From the NCBI RefSeq assembly GCF_009914755.1, contig NC_060928.1: a stretch of DNA of 64,000 nucleotides. The stretch is one strand, 5' to 3'. A model generated the notes under the pieces. That model ran no database searches. It saw nothing but the letters and a program-made list of their open reading frames with translations, and was not told where the DNA came from. Positions 14,031 to 27,780 of the stretch are shown here, piece after piece (positions within the stretch are counted from its first letter, which is position 1; the number at the start of each line of letters is the position of its first letter). A program made the position numbers and the translations under genes. The stretch comes from the human T2T-CHM13v2.0 reference genome, Homo sapiens.

Positions 14031-16364
14031 TGAAGTGAAAATTGTGGGATGAAAGAGAATGAAAATGTTATTACAAGCAGAAATTCAAAGTTTGCTATTT
14101 TGGTGGCTGCCTCGTTCACACATGAATATCATCTCTATACAAATTCTGCTGAATAAAACAGTCCTTTCTTGTGCATTTGTGTAAGAAAATCTTTAGACTA
14201 AACTTGTTTTAAGTTATTGCACATGTCAAAGTGCTAATAAATTAGCAGCTGCATCTATCTCTGTAATCCAGTAGTAATAAACAAGATGCTTTAAATCTCT
14301 TTCTAGGAGTAATCTACATAGTACACAGTAAGTTAACCCACTAACATCTTAACAGGTTGCACTGTTCCAAGTCAATATAATAAAAAGAGAAAAGCAAGAA
14401 AGAGGCCCAATGCCCTGTTTATGCCAATTATCAGTAATTAGTAAGCATTTATTTGAATTTAAGACATAGTTTTAAATATATTAAACATTCCTTATATGCA
14501 TTTAAATTTTATGCTAAATGCTAAGCAGGATTAGGACATTGTCATTCAGAAGAACAAAAGGAGAAAAGACAAAGGATAATGAAGAGAAGATGAAGAAATG
14601 AAAAAATTAAAAATTAACAGTTGTCATTCAATTTATAAAATTTATCTATGAGTCACATTTTTGTTCTTACATTCATTTAGTGAGGAATAGCAGCTAATTT
14701 CAATTAAATAAACTTCTCTTTGGATCTATCAAAAAGTAATTAAAGCAAAGCATAACAAATTCTAGGGTAGAAGCTTGTATAGTTACAAATTTAGTTTTAT
14801 TTGTAACATTTGTAATGCTATGTAGAGAGTCAAACAGAAAATCTAAATTATCCTCATTGCATAGAAGTAACAAATAAAAGCAAATACAGAGATATATTCT
14901 CTAGATAGGGAAATTTTAAGGAAAATGACTTAAAAATATCTTCTTCTTAATAACATATAATTTCTATTTGATTCAGTTTATCAAAAATGTTTTAAGCATC
15001 CTACAGAGAACTGAGATAGGCATAATAACAAGACATTCCACTTTTTATGGGTTCATTCCTTCAAAATTGTATTTGAGATTTTTCCACATTTATGTATAGA
15101 GTGGTTCAACTCCAATCTTACATGCACAAAGCATAAGACTCCCAACCATAGCTGTATGGCATAAAATTAATTTGTAGAATTTTCCCATAACATACTAAAT
15201 AGTATAAAAAACAAAAATCTAAAAAAAAAATTGAGCAAACACAGTCTAATATGGAACAAGGTGTAGAGAGAATAGGATGAAAAGGTATTGTAAGAAATGA
15301 GAAGTTAAGTACAAGGGAAAAAGAAAACAAAATAAAGTAAATCAAAATTCAAAAATGCCAACAAGAATTTTGTATGACCACATTATGTGTGGTTGCTTTG
15401 TACTAATGGATGGCAATATTATGGTAAAAGAAACTGCTTGTAGGAAGGAAAGAGTCCCTCTAAAGGGGCAGATGAGTCAAAAATGCAATGTTTAAGAAGA
15501 TAGTAAACCATCTATGAAATGTAATTCTAAAAGTTCAAAAATAACCTTTGTTTTTATGTACTCAAACATAAGTGCATTTCTTTAGGAAATGAAATTTTCT
15601 CTTATCTAGAAGTGCAGGTGGCATATAGCATTTGCTCTTCTATTTCAGCTTTTTTTCACACACATGGACGTGAACACAAGAACAGTATTTAAATGTGGTA
15701 GCATAGTTTTCTGTATCTCCGTCTTCAAATATTTTGGAGGAAATGTTAATTTTTACTTTAAAAGTTTTGCTATTGCAGGAATTTGAAGCCAACAAGACAT
15801 TTAATTTTTGTCTTCTCAAATGCATGAGTGAGTTTTTAAAGTATCTGGCCTACATGACCCGAATTTAATCCAATTTTTTTATATTAAAGGAAAAAAAAGA
15901 ACGTTATTATATTATTTACCTTTAAGTCTTAAAATTATGGGAAAATATATTGATGATCAATTATTCTAAATTAGTTAAGCAGACAAAAAATATTTGAGAA
16001 ATTTGAAAGTTCTTTATGAGAGTGAAAATCTGTAAAAAAAATAGTAATCAGTAAATGGCAAAGTTCTTTTTTCAGCTATAGTTTTCAAAAAGCTAAAATG
16101 ATCATGACTGCCATACAAATATAAAAAGAACATGCGTCAAAAGTTTTATTTAATGTACTAACTAATAAAATAACTAGTAACTTGTAAAAAAACCAAAGAG
16201 CATTTGAAAGGGTAGGTATTTATAGGCAATGTTAGAAAAACAAACATGATTCAAGTTCAACAGTGACACTGATCTTTGCAATCTTTGAGGTTTTTTTCCT
16301 ATTACACAGAAATTACTTGCATTTTCATGTTAAAAAGTCTACAAGTTAACTTCTTTTCCTTGTT

Positions 16365-16500
16365 CAATGGATATAATATTTTAGTTGTGCAAGATGAATA
16401 AATTCTAGTGATCTAGACAACATAGGGCCTATATTTAATGGTACTCTACTGTGCACTTAACAATTGTATTAAGGGCTAATCTCATGTAGTCTTAAGATAT
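16365..16500 (+). mobile_element. L1M 3' UTR fragment
   Basis: AAGATGAATAAATTCTAGTGATCTA ... ACTGTGCACTTAA resembles an L1M 3' UTR. Confidence 0.55.
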
Positions 16501-17119
16501 TTGAAAAAGAAAATAAAATGAAATTTAAACTAAGCATATATTCAAAAAAATCCAGTAATTTTGTTTGTCTGCTTCTAAGTTTAGGGCAATTTTTTTGATG
16601 CTATAAAATGTAAGTGTAATGAAAAACTCTTTAAAGGTTGATGATGATGAAGCCCAAACAGGTACACTTTGTGAAAGCTGGTCAGGAGATTCTGATACCC
16701 GCTTAGAGTTAAGAGCCACAATAAAGCCGAAAATTGTTGTTTTACCCATGGGGAAAAAAAAGTTTAAAGTGTTAGTCTTTTCTTATTATTTACAAGGCTA
16801 TTTAAATGTTCAATTGAGAGGTCTCAAAAGGAATCATATTTTTCAAGGTTTTTTTTTTAATTCCCCATAATTCCTTGAAATAGCAAGAACAACTGCCTCT
16901 ACTGCTCCACATACTATTATTTTATTTTCTTCCCTTGGTAAGGTAATTATGTGAGAGGTCATGGAAAATTTTCGTGATGTATTTATACAGTCCATTAAAA
17001 ATTTAAAGTTTGAATCAGGTTTCATTACTTTCTGTGATGACTGAGAAGAGATTTCCTCAATGTGAAATTATAAAACCTTATTAGGTGAGATATAAAAATG
17101 ATCAATTTTAGTTAGCATA

Positions 17120-17640
17120 GTGTTTGTTGGTCCAGCATCCATTGACTCCCTTTTGTTGTAGCACATTCTGATTTTCCTTAGAGAAACCATCCTTCCTCCT
17201 TTCTGAGTATATGTGTTTTGCATGGAGCTATTCCCAACCACTCTCTGGCTCCAGGGGTAGCCCTAAGGCCTGTACCAGCCAATCTGAGTCACTACAATTG
17301 GTTCAGGAGTAGTCACTTGACACATATCAACCCACTGAGAGTCATTGCAGTAATTATGAAAGAGGCAATTGCTGATGTTGCTCACTGTATAATAACATAG
17401 TTGCTCTGGCCATCTTTGCCACCACAGGCTGCCTAGGAAAGATACCCATACACAGTAAGTCAGACCCCACAGGAAAAAGTGCCACCTCACTGATGAGGGC
17501 ATTTCAGCACTCAGATTTATCTGTTCTTGAACCCAGATCTATTCTTGGACTTTGAATTCAATGAACCAATACATCTACTCAGTTTTTTATTTTTTCCTCT
17601 GAAGCAGGCACTTGGATTTGTTTTCTCTCACTTAAATAAA
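17120..17640 (+). mobile_element. Ancient ERVL/MaLR LTR (LTR33-like)
   Basis: Degenerate motifs TGGTTCAGGAGTAGTCACTTGAC and CTTGGACTTTGAATTCAATGAACCAATAC. Confidence 0.55.
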
Positions 17641-18699
17641 TAGTCATATGCTTCCAAAACTGCCATGGAAACAATTGAACATATAAGATCAAAACCCAAG
17701 CCAAATTCCAGAGCAGGATATTTAGACTTAAGGGCTTAGAGATCATAGTGTTGAAGATTTGAGAAAATAAGATAGGATATTGATGAGTACTGGATGCCTA
17801 TGGCATACTTACTCAAAACTCATTCGGTTGAAAATTACAGAAATCAATGCAATCTGGTTAAGAAAGGCTTTTTTTTAAAATAGGCAGTTTACCATAAGAT
17901 TACTGAAATATATGGGAGAAACTGGTCATGTCACTCGGGATCAGGAACCGAGGCAGTACTCTCATTCCTACTTTCCCTGTCTGCACCTCTGCACCTTCCC
18001 TACTTCGTATAGTTGAACAAGTTGAAAAGTAGAGTTTGCTAAAAAAAAAAAAAAAATTCTACTAAGCAAAAAGTAATCAAACTTGGAGTTATTTATCCAG
18101 GAAAGAGCAATGTGCCTGGAAAATGATTAGGGTGACCAAAAATATTAATTTTTTTTACAACCCTTGACACATTCCCCAGGTCACATCTTGTCAATTCCTG
18201 AGCAAGTAGACATTGTCCTTGTCTCCGGATCCTAATCCCCAATTCATGGAAGAGAGAATCCTATTGAATCACCTAGGTATGGTTTGGCTGCCAGAATCTC
18301 ACTCCAGTTAATAAGACAAATAGGGTGGAGGGGAGGGACAGGGGGAGATGGCAGTTGTCAGAGAAAAGGTGTCATTGAGAGTTGGGAAGATATCCAAAAA
18401 GTGTTCAATATACATTTTATGGTCTCAAACTGGTTTGAGCATTTTTCCATTTCCTACAATTGACAAGGCTGGCACATTTTGCTACACTAAAGACCATTAT
18501 AATGAAACTCTACATTGAATAACTGTCAAATGGCAAAACAAATTTTAGTGAGTATTGTTTATGATTTTTCTCTTTCCTTATTGTTTTTCTTTTATATTTT
18601 TTGTTCCTTTTAGCCACAGATGCTGAAACTTGAGTTAATAATTTTCCTCACTTACTGTCACTTGGCCATGCAAGTCTCTCTTTCATATTTATTATTTGC

Positions 18700-19620
18700 C
18701 CCCTTTCTCTCTTCTTTTTCCCATCCTTGTCCTCCTCCCATTAACCATAAAGCCAATAATTCTAATTTATTTGTCTTAAATCCTTTGAATTATCTGTATT
18801 ATTGCACAAATGTAAGGTACATAGAATTGTTTTTCATGCATGTATTTCTGTTTGAGTAAATTTTATTGTGCTATAGACTTTTATCTATTTATTTCTGTCT
18901 TTTTTCTACTCAGTGCTGCTTTTATGGCATTCATTTTTCTGTTTGTCTCACCAGCCACTTACTTCTCTTCCTTACATAGTGATCCCCTGAAATGTACATA
19001 TATTGCATACAATTGCCTACTACCGCAAAGCTGTGACGAAGTCTTCTTGAATGTCCTGTCATGTTATCTGAGGAAACCTCTGGGATATTTTCCAAGAAGT
19101 GAAATTGCATAACCATTCAACTGCATAGCCACAGGAATTTCAAACACTTAATGTGGACTTTATACATTTAATATAACTGAGAGTTGCCAGATAGCTCTAC
19201 AATGCCTCCTTTATTCCAGAGTCTCATTCACTAGGGTTTCTACATGTCTAATAACACTTATGTTTACTCCTTATTCAATTATTAGCCATTATATTGGGGT
19301 AAGTGGTATTTTTTCCTTTAATCTAGTGCATCTCCTAAGGTACTTCCTAGCTATTTGTTTTTCCAGTCTATGAATTATTTGTCAAATAATATGCCCATCG
19401 TTAGTGATTTCCTGTCTTATTTTATTGATTTGCAGGAGATCTTTGTATCTGGTCACTGTATCTAGTGCCTCTTCTGTGAAATACAAACTACTAACTTTGT
19501 TATAATGAAATCCACCTATTTTTCTTCTTGTGGTTTGTGCTGCTTGCATCTGGTTTAAGCATATTTTTCTTATGACATAGTCATAAATATACAACCTATA
19601 CAACTATGGGCTTTCTATTA
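18700..19620 (-). mobile_element. Degenerate L1ME-like fragments
   Basis: T-rich antisense L1-like motifs, e.g. TTATTGATTTGCAGGAGATCTTTGTAT and GGATATTTTCCAAGAAGTGAAATTGC. Confidence 0.5.
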
Positions 19621-20559
19621 CTTTCCTTATTTATATCTTTCTTGGCTATTTTCTACTTTGATATATATTTCAAAAAACACTTTTTAAGCATTGAACACCT
19701 TTTAAGCATTTAAAATGTTGGCATCAGTGCCAACGTTTTAAATGAATAATTAATAAAAGGATAAATTTAAGCATTCATTGATGTGGTCCACTAAATACAA
19801 TTTTTAGACCTGAAATTCTACTCTTTTTTTGTGGAAGTAATACATTTTAAGAAAATTTTAAAGCAATTTGTTGTCTACCCAGTCATGAGGCTTGTTTCTG
19901 GTAAGTAAGAAGGATGATAATGACTACAGAAAAGTAATTCAAGCAAATAATTAAGGCGCCACTGCAGATTCAAAAAACGTTTGATCCTGGTCTCAGCCAC
20001 TTATTTCAGTTAGATGTACCTTTAAGTGATGCTTGCTATGAATGTTTTCTTATTGCTATGAGATCACGAATCTATAGTTACCTCTGCCTTACCTGAGGAA
20101 AATATTCCATAGCTCTAAATTGACCTCTATTATTTTGCTAATTATTTCAAACTTTAGTTCCTAGATTGACTGATTAGTAAACTTTATACTGTTTTAGTAG
20201 AGACTATCAAGCCATATCTTATCAAAATTAAATGTGATTAACACAAGCACATTCTCCTAAGTGAAATTTTACTTTTTATTTTGCTTTACTTAGTAGAAAG
20301 ATTTTTATGGGGTTCTGATGGATTTTGCCATTGAGAAAGATTTTCTGCCAAACAGATGGTTCCCACTTAACAATTAGATTTGCCTCCAGAATGCAAATGA
20401 ATGGCTAAGGGAAGAGGAAACGGAAAGTGCTGAGGGAAAAAAGGGAGTTTGTTCTGGTGGCTGATCACATTACCATGTGTGTTCACTGCTTATAACTCCT
20501 CTCCCTCTAAGCACCATTTCCCAGCACACTCATTTCAAAGATGACAGTTCATTGCACAC

Positions 20560-20765
20560 TATCAGCTACTGTGTGGAGCACTTTGCACTTATTATCTTAT
20601 GGAATTTAATAGTCACACGAACCCTCCAGTTTATGTGTTCTCATTTTATAGAAAGGGTATTGGGATACAGGGAAGTTATATCCAAGGATACATAGCAGGT
20701 GCTGGAGTAGGGATTCAAACCTAGGTCCCTCCGACTCCAAATCTACTCTCTTAACTTCAGTGTTA
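20560..20765 (-). mobile_element. MIR
   Basis: CTCATTTTATAGAAAGGG ... GGGATTCAAACCTAGGTC ... GACTCCAAA, the antisense MIR core. Confidence 0.8.
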
Positions 20766-21091
20766 TACTTTCTCTCCATTTGCTAAACTTTCCCTGAGTT
20801 TTATTCCAGAAAGTATCCCTCTTTTAAAACAACTAATTAAATTTTATTGTACCTTGTCTACCTTGTATGGTGTATAGCACAGTTCAATAATTTTCCTTGA
20901 ACATCTTTCAAAGTGTCTGCTTGTAGTTTTTACATAGTAGTAAATCTGTGCTTACTACTATGTTTTTGATAAGGTTAAATTTTTTGCTGATATGTCTCTC
21001 GAAAATGCCTATATTTTTCCATTTATTTAGGTGATTTGTCTGTGTGTTTATTTTTTTTCACTTGCAAGTGGAAATTGTCATACTGGTTAAT

Positions 21092-21130
21092 TTTCAGATT
21101 AAAGTGGTTTCAGATTAAAGTGGTTTCAGA
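21092..21130. repeat. 16-bp tandem duplication (about 2.4 copies of TTTCAGATTAAAGTGG)
   Basis: Exact copies read directly. Confidence 0.9.
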
Positions 21131-22539
21131 AATGTGAATAAATTTACCAGTTAAACAAGGATGTATATTTTCTGAAAGACTGTTCAATCTCTCATATAAT
21201 TATGTTATAGTACAAAAGTATTTTATTCACATTGTGCTAACAGGAGAAAGCCACTTTTCGTATGGTGCTCCTAATATCTAACCTATATTTTGCTTTCTTT
21301 AGCTTCCAGTCTTTGCTCTTTGTCCTCGTGTCTTCTGAGACTATGAATAATTCCCTTCTTTCATTATGTTGTTACCCAGGAGGTATTATTTATAGGTTGT
21401 GAACATGGCTCACTTCACTCTGCTCTTTTCTGGAATACATAAGTTAATTTTGTATTTCTGTTTCACTTATCTTTCTCCATTTTTTGAACCCTTTCTGTTC
21501 TCTTTTGGGTTTTCACAAATTATCCTCAATACTTCTTAAACTTTGCAGAACAGAAATATACAGAAGATCAAAGGAGCAGTTTCAGCCTGATTCAACTGGG
21601 CAATTACCCTTTTTTTCCAGTGTTACATCACTAGCTGAGATATGCAGATTGAATTTAACTGTTTCTGGCATTAGCCACCACTGGGTAAATAAGCTTATTC
21701 TGCAAATGTAGCCAGTCATTATATGGCCATTTTAATACTCTCAGGTCTAAGTTTCTACTAGAATCTGATTTACTAAATTATTATCTTTGTGGCGATAAGT
21801 TCTAAAATTTTCAGTTTGGTTAGAAATTATAAGCTCAAAATAGAATTAGTACTTTTGATCACCCTAATTATATTCCAAGCATAATGCTATTTATTAGGAG
21901 TTTTAAAACTCCAATTTTTTGTTAAGTTTTGCTTAGTAGAACTTCCTAACAAATTGTATTTTAAACTTGTTCAACTATATCATTTGCTTTTGGAATTTAG
22001 AAATTTGTTCATTTATAGAAAGCCATCATTTACTTGGTAACACTGACTAACAGACAGCATATTCCAAACTATAAGAACCAAAAAATATATATTAGGAACC
22101 AAGATCAGTCTGGAAAACCTATTTGTGTGAAGTTTACAGAGATTCAGGGGAAAGAGTTCAATTATTGTTCTGTTCTAGGGTAGGTCAAACACCCTATATC
22201 TGAAAATACATGGAGATTTTTTTTTTAAATCAAATGCATTATGAAAAACAGGCCAAAAGAACAGCTGGTATTTTGGAAGGGTGAAAAGAGGGCAGGAGAG
22301 GGAAAGTTTGACAGCTAGTGTACAAAGTTCTCAGCTTCTAATCACAAGGGGAGATTAGTTTTAAGTGACTTTTCTTTTACTTTTCCACTAATATTGAACT
22401 TTATTTAGTAAACTATTCTGCTTCTTAACCCAATTCATATCTGGTACTTCTGTTTTTTTTTTGTTTTTTTTTTTTTTTTCATGAAGGTGAGCAATAGGAA
22501 TAGAAGTGCTGACCTAGAAATGTGGGACAGTGTGCTCAT

Positions 22540-23450
22540 TTCCCTTTTAGCAAAGGTTTTCTGATAATGATAAATGCTACACTTAAGAAATTGGAACACT
22601 GAAATTCTCCATCTAGCCACAACCTTTGACTCTTTCCCCTCTCTTAATTCTTTACTCCCAATAAACCTACTGTTTCACCTCACTGAACCTCTGGTCACTC
22701 AACCCCTCTTTGTTCTCTAACTTCATCAGTCCCTCCTGGCAGACCTCCCCTCGTTACTCACACTGGACCCCATCATCCATCATCTCAAATATACTGTTAG
22801 TAGCACCTTCTCATTCATCACCCCGTTGACTATCCGCCTCACCTGTCTCACCAGTCTCCAACCTGAAAATCCATTTTCTCTGCATTTGCTCTTACTTTGC
22901 CAATTGCTATGAAGGAAAATCCCATAACTGAGCTTATCGTCTCCAACACAAGTTTAATTTTTAACCTCTGCTGGCCCCTCAATTCTGTTTGGCAATCCTT
23001 TTACTTAATACTAATCAACAACCTTTTTAATTTCTCTTAGTGTCTATTCCAAATCTTGCCCATATTCCTCAAGCCCTGTGCCCCCACCCTGCCCACTTCT
23101 TTTTGGCAGGCTGAGAGCTCACTACTTTACCAGGAAGTTACAAGCCAATCTGTATGAACTCTCCAAACTTTCATCTTTCTGCCTTCAGAATTATATCTGT
23201 ATTTCACCTGCTCATGCTTCTTTCCCTCATGTGTCAGAGAAGAAATACCCTGATACATTTCTGAAGCTAACTAGTCTACTTGGCTTTTGCTTCTAGCTGC
23301 TTTTGTCTATACCCCGACTTGGCTTGTTAATTATATTTTGTCATTTGCAAGTATAATTTCTTTCTCTACATAGGTTCCTTTCTTTCATGAATAAATACAC
23401 CCAACTTTCAACCACTCCTAATATTAAAATAAAACCTGTCTTAGCATTTT
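22540..23450 (+). mobile_element. L2 internal (ORF2-derived) relic
   Basis: C/T-rich sequence with L2-like motifs CTGGACCCCATCATCCATCA and CTCACTACTTTACCAGGAAG. Confidence 0.6.
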
Positions 23451-23707
23451 CTATTTGCCAACTTTTAATTCAACGTAAGTATTGAGTATCTCCCAATTGC
23501 AGGCATTGTTATAGCCTATGAAGATGTACCAATAAATGAGACCCAAGCTCCAGCCCTCATGTAGCTACCAGATTTCTCAAAAGAGTAGTCTCTACTTACT
23601 TCATCACACTTCTTAAACACTGTAATTGGTCACCTACCTACCATTCTATAGAAGAACACTGCTTTTATTTACAAGTCTGAGACAAATGTTTTGCATCCTC
23701 ATGATTA

Positions 23708-24258
23708 TAAAATAGTCTCTATAAACTTTATATAATTAATCAAGGAAGAAGGGTGTGAGAGAAACAAAAATAAAGCTTGTAGCACATTCCACACTGATCA
23801 TTAGGTCAGCTTGCTCTCTACCTGCTTCCTCATTGTTGCTTGGTGCCTATTGTACTAAAATCACATAGACCCTAGATTAGTTTCCCTTAACCGCTCTATA
23901 GATAACAATGTGAACATTATGAAACATTAAGTTTTCTCTTTGATATATTCTTTCCAATGAAACTACTGATGTCAACTGGTCTGATGAACCTCACAAGAAG
24001 CTGACCCACCAAAGAATGTTGTTTCCGGATGATTTCATCTCTCTTACTCCAGTGAATCCATGACCCCAATTTTCTAGTCCCTTGCCTTCCATGATCCCCT
24101 TATAAACTCCACCCCTGAACTCCAGGAGATGGATTTAAGAATCTCCCCTCATCTCCTTGCTTGGCACCCTGTGACCATTAAACTCCTTCTCTCTTGCAAA
24201 CCCTGCTGTCTCTGTGTATTTGTCTCTTACTGCACATGAACCTATTGGTCCTGTAACA
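23708..24258 (+). mobile_element. ERV1-class solo LTR (LTR26-like)
   Basis: CTATAAACTTTATATAATTAATCAAGGAAGAAGGG near the start, ATTAAA signal, TAACA end. 4-bp TSD ATTA (23704-23707, 24259-24262). Confidence 0.75.
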
Positions 24259-24307
24259 ATTATATGCTTTGTTGATTCAGTGGCCTTGGACCATGAGGAA
24301 AGAATGC

Positions 24308-25104
<797 letters not shown>

Positions 25105-25812
25105 ATGCTTTACTCAACAGTGAAGCCCCTGCTGTGTCTGAATGAACAGGAAATTCAGATGTTTGGTCTGATGAGTGGAATGATTAATCCTGATTATTAA
25201 GGTATGTATTGCATGAGGTGTGCCCTAAAACCTGCCTGGCGTATTAATAAAAGTAAATAGAAAAGTGCAGGCAGGACTCATAGGGTTATCACACACCTAA
25301 AGAGAGAAGTTTTGGGTCACAATAAAGGTATTCTTCATTTAGGATATTAGCTGAGCACCAAAGTAACTTGAGATTACTTCAGTCCGTAATGGAGGATAAA
25401 CAGATTAGATTGGAGACCAATCTGATTAGCTCAAAATCTAATTTCTAAGATTCTCTTGCAGGTAGAGCTTTATTGGTACCTCCCTTCTATCCGTAAGATT
25501 TATTCACACATCAGGCTTGGGGAAGGAAGAAAGCATCTGTAAGTGGTGGCCATGTGGAAGAAATCAAATTTACCAAGCAAGGGGCAAAAGCAACTAACTG
25601 GTTCTTCTGAGACATCTGCAGGGAAGTGCCTGGGTGTTGGTGCCTAGTGTTAGAGATGCCAAGCAACAGTTGGAAGCAGCAGTCCTTTGTTTTGTTGGAA
25701 ATTGCTTTTCCTGAATGCATCATAACTTGTTGCTTTGTTCTTGGCACTGATACAACCACACCCAGGTCTCTGGATCTCCTGGAGATTCCACAAGCTTCCT
25801 ACATTCTGATAA

Positions 25813-25816
25813 AAAA

Positions 25817-25859
<43 letters not shown>

Positions 25860-25862
25860 AAA
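25813..25862. repeat. (AAAT)n microsatellite
   Basis: Read directly. Confidence 0.95.
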
Positions 25863-25959
25863 TTCTGGTGCTTCCAGCAAGTACTGCTACTGATAAAATG
25901 TATTGGGAACTCTTCTACGTTTTTACTCAGTATCATATTTGGATCTTGAATATATAGTA

Positions 25960-26062
25960 GCACCTCTCCCTCCCAGTTGTGGCAATCTAAAATAAAATGT
26001 CTCCAGACATTACCAAGCGTCCCCTGTGGAATAAAATTGCCCCAGGCATAAACCACTGTTCT
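25960..26062. mobile_element. MER20 (hAT-Charlie) fragment
   Basis: AAAATGTCTCCAGACATTACCAAGCGTCCCCTG ... AACCACTG terminus. Confidence 0.75.
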
Positions 26063-26074
26063 AGTGGAATAATT

Positions 26075-26300
26075 ACAGCTAGAATTATTGAGAACCAAGT
26101 GCCTGGTAATTATCTAAGCATTTCACATGTAATAACGCATTTAATCTTCAAAACAGCCGTTTGGAGAAAATACAATTTTCCCCATTTTACATACAAGAAT
26201 TCATGCACGGAGAATTTAATTCACTTTCACAAGTAATAGAAGTAGGAGTATATCTAGAAATATATCTAATCTAGAGTAGATGCTCTTATTTACCACTATA
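26075..26300 (-). mobile_element. MIR
   Basis: CATTTAATCTTCAAAACAGCC ... CCCCATTTTACATA. Confidence 0.7.
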
Positions 26301-26499
26301 TCCCCCCCAATGCTGTAATGTGTTGGTATTCATGATTGTCTATAAGTCTTAAAGCTCTTGCTGATCTTGAGATGGAGGATCACCATTTGATTCTGAAATG
26401 AAACTTAAAATAATTTATTTTGCCTTTATACTATATAATTTGACAATCTAACAGTAAGATTTCATCTTACTTTTCAGAGCATCCTCTATTTTGCCTCTA

Positions 26500-27067
26500 G
26501 GTGTTTATCTAAAACATAATTCTTATCTTGCAACTCTCCCAAATTCTCTTAATGTTTTCCTTCAACTACAGACAAAGTCTCCATTCTTTAGCATTTTGTA
26601 AATGGAATTTTACAATAACTTATATATCCAAGCCAATATTCTGCTACTTTTGTGTCATGAGCATAGGCTAAGCACCAGCCATACAAAATTTCCCACTATT
26701 TTGGAGAATACCCCAAGCTGTGCCAATATATAAGTAATTCTCTCTGTCTAGAATATCTTCTTTTGTCTTCTGTTCCTGGAGATATATTCATCCTACAGGC
26801 TTTGCTCTAATGCTATCTACTTGTTAAGACCTATGCATCTCCATTACTTAGCTGCAAAATTAATCTCCTGGTTTCCATGGCATGTTTATATACCTCTGTA
26901 AGATTATTTGTTATATTAAACTGTAAATATTGGACTTTACATATTTCTTTCCACCTGGACATTATGAGCTAATTGAGGGCTACACTCTACCTTATTCTAT
27001 GTGCTCCCATCACTGGGCATGGTGCATGACCCATAGCAGGTAAAAAAAAATTAGATTAATAAATGAA
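26500..27067 (+). mobile_element. L2 3' region
   Basis: ATGAGCTAATTGAGGGC ... CATAGCAGGTA ... AATAAATGAA terminus. Confidence 0.65.
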
Positions 27068-27549
27068 GTCCCCACAAGTTCTGTATAGCCATAACAGTGC
27101 AAATGGAAGTAGTCCTTATGACTCCAGCTTTTAGGATGTGTTCAAAGGGATGATGGACCCCTCACAACTTGTCTGTCTCTCATACCTGCCTTTTTGCCCC
27201 TGAACACTTAAAAAGCTTCAGGATTTCCTGTGTTTTACCTGCCCATTGATAGGGTTTCACCCAGGTTCCAAGCTAGCTTGATAATGTAATCAACAGGTGT
27301 TAGGGTTTTTCCAATTTAATAGCTTGAAGTAATGAATTACGTAAAATTCTAAATGCATTTATCTATCCAAATCTATGAAATGATACCTCTACTATTAAAA
27401 TTATTTGGATTATGTGTATATGATCATTCATTTGAAGTCTAGCGTACTTATATAAATTAATGCTCTCTTAAAATTACATATGAAAACATTAGTTTGCTAC
27501 TATGTCATTAAAACAAACAGAATTGATGATGCTTTGTGAGAAAAAAAAA

Positions 27550-27780
27550 TGTCCTGGACTAGAAATTTGAAGACTGACTCCTAGTGCCAGCTGCCTTGGA
27601 AACTACTTGTGAGAGGCACCTTGAGAATGACACAAAGTTTATCTGACTCTTTATGTCCTTATATAAAAATTAGAAATAGTTGTCCTGGTCACTAAACATC
27701 GTGGTTAAGAGACTAAATTATTTATGAAACATGAAAGTGCTTAAAAGTGCAAACAATACAAATACGAGGTATTTTTATTA
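27550..27780 (+). mobile_element. MIR/MIR3 relic
   Basis: CTGGACTAGAAATTTGAAGACTG start and AAAGTGCTT ... ACAAATACGAGG end. Confidence 0.55.

Noticed and set aside
16619-16870. 83-aa ATG ORF with protein-like N-terminus
   Set aside because: No recognisable homology or convincing splice boundaries, and the C-terminus runs into A/T tracts.
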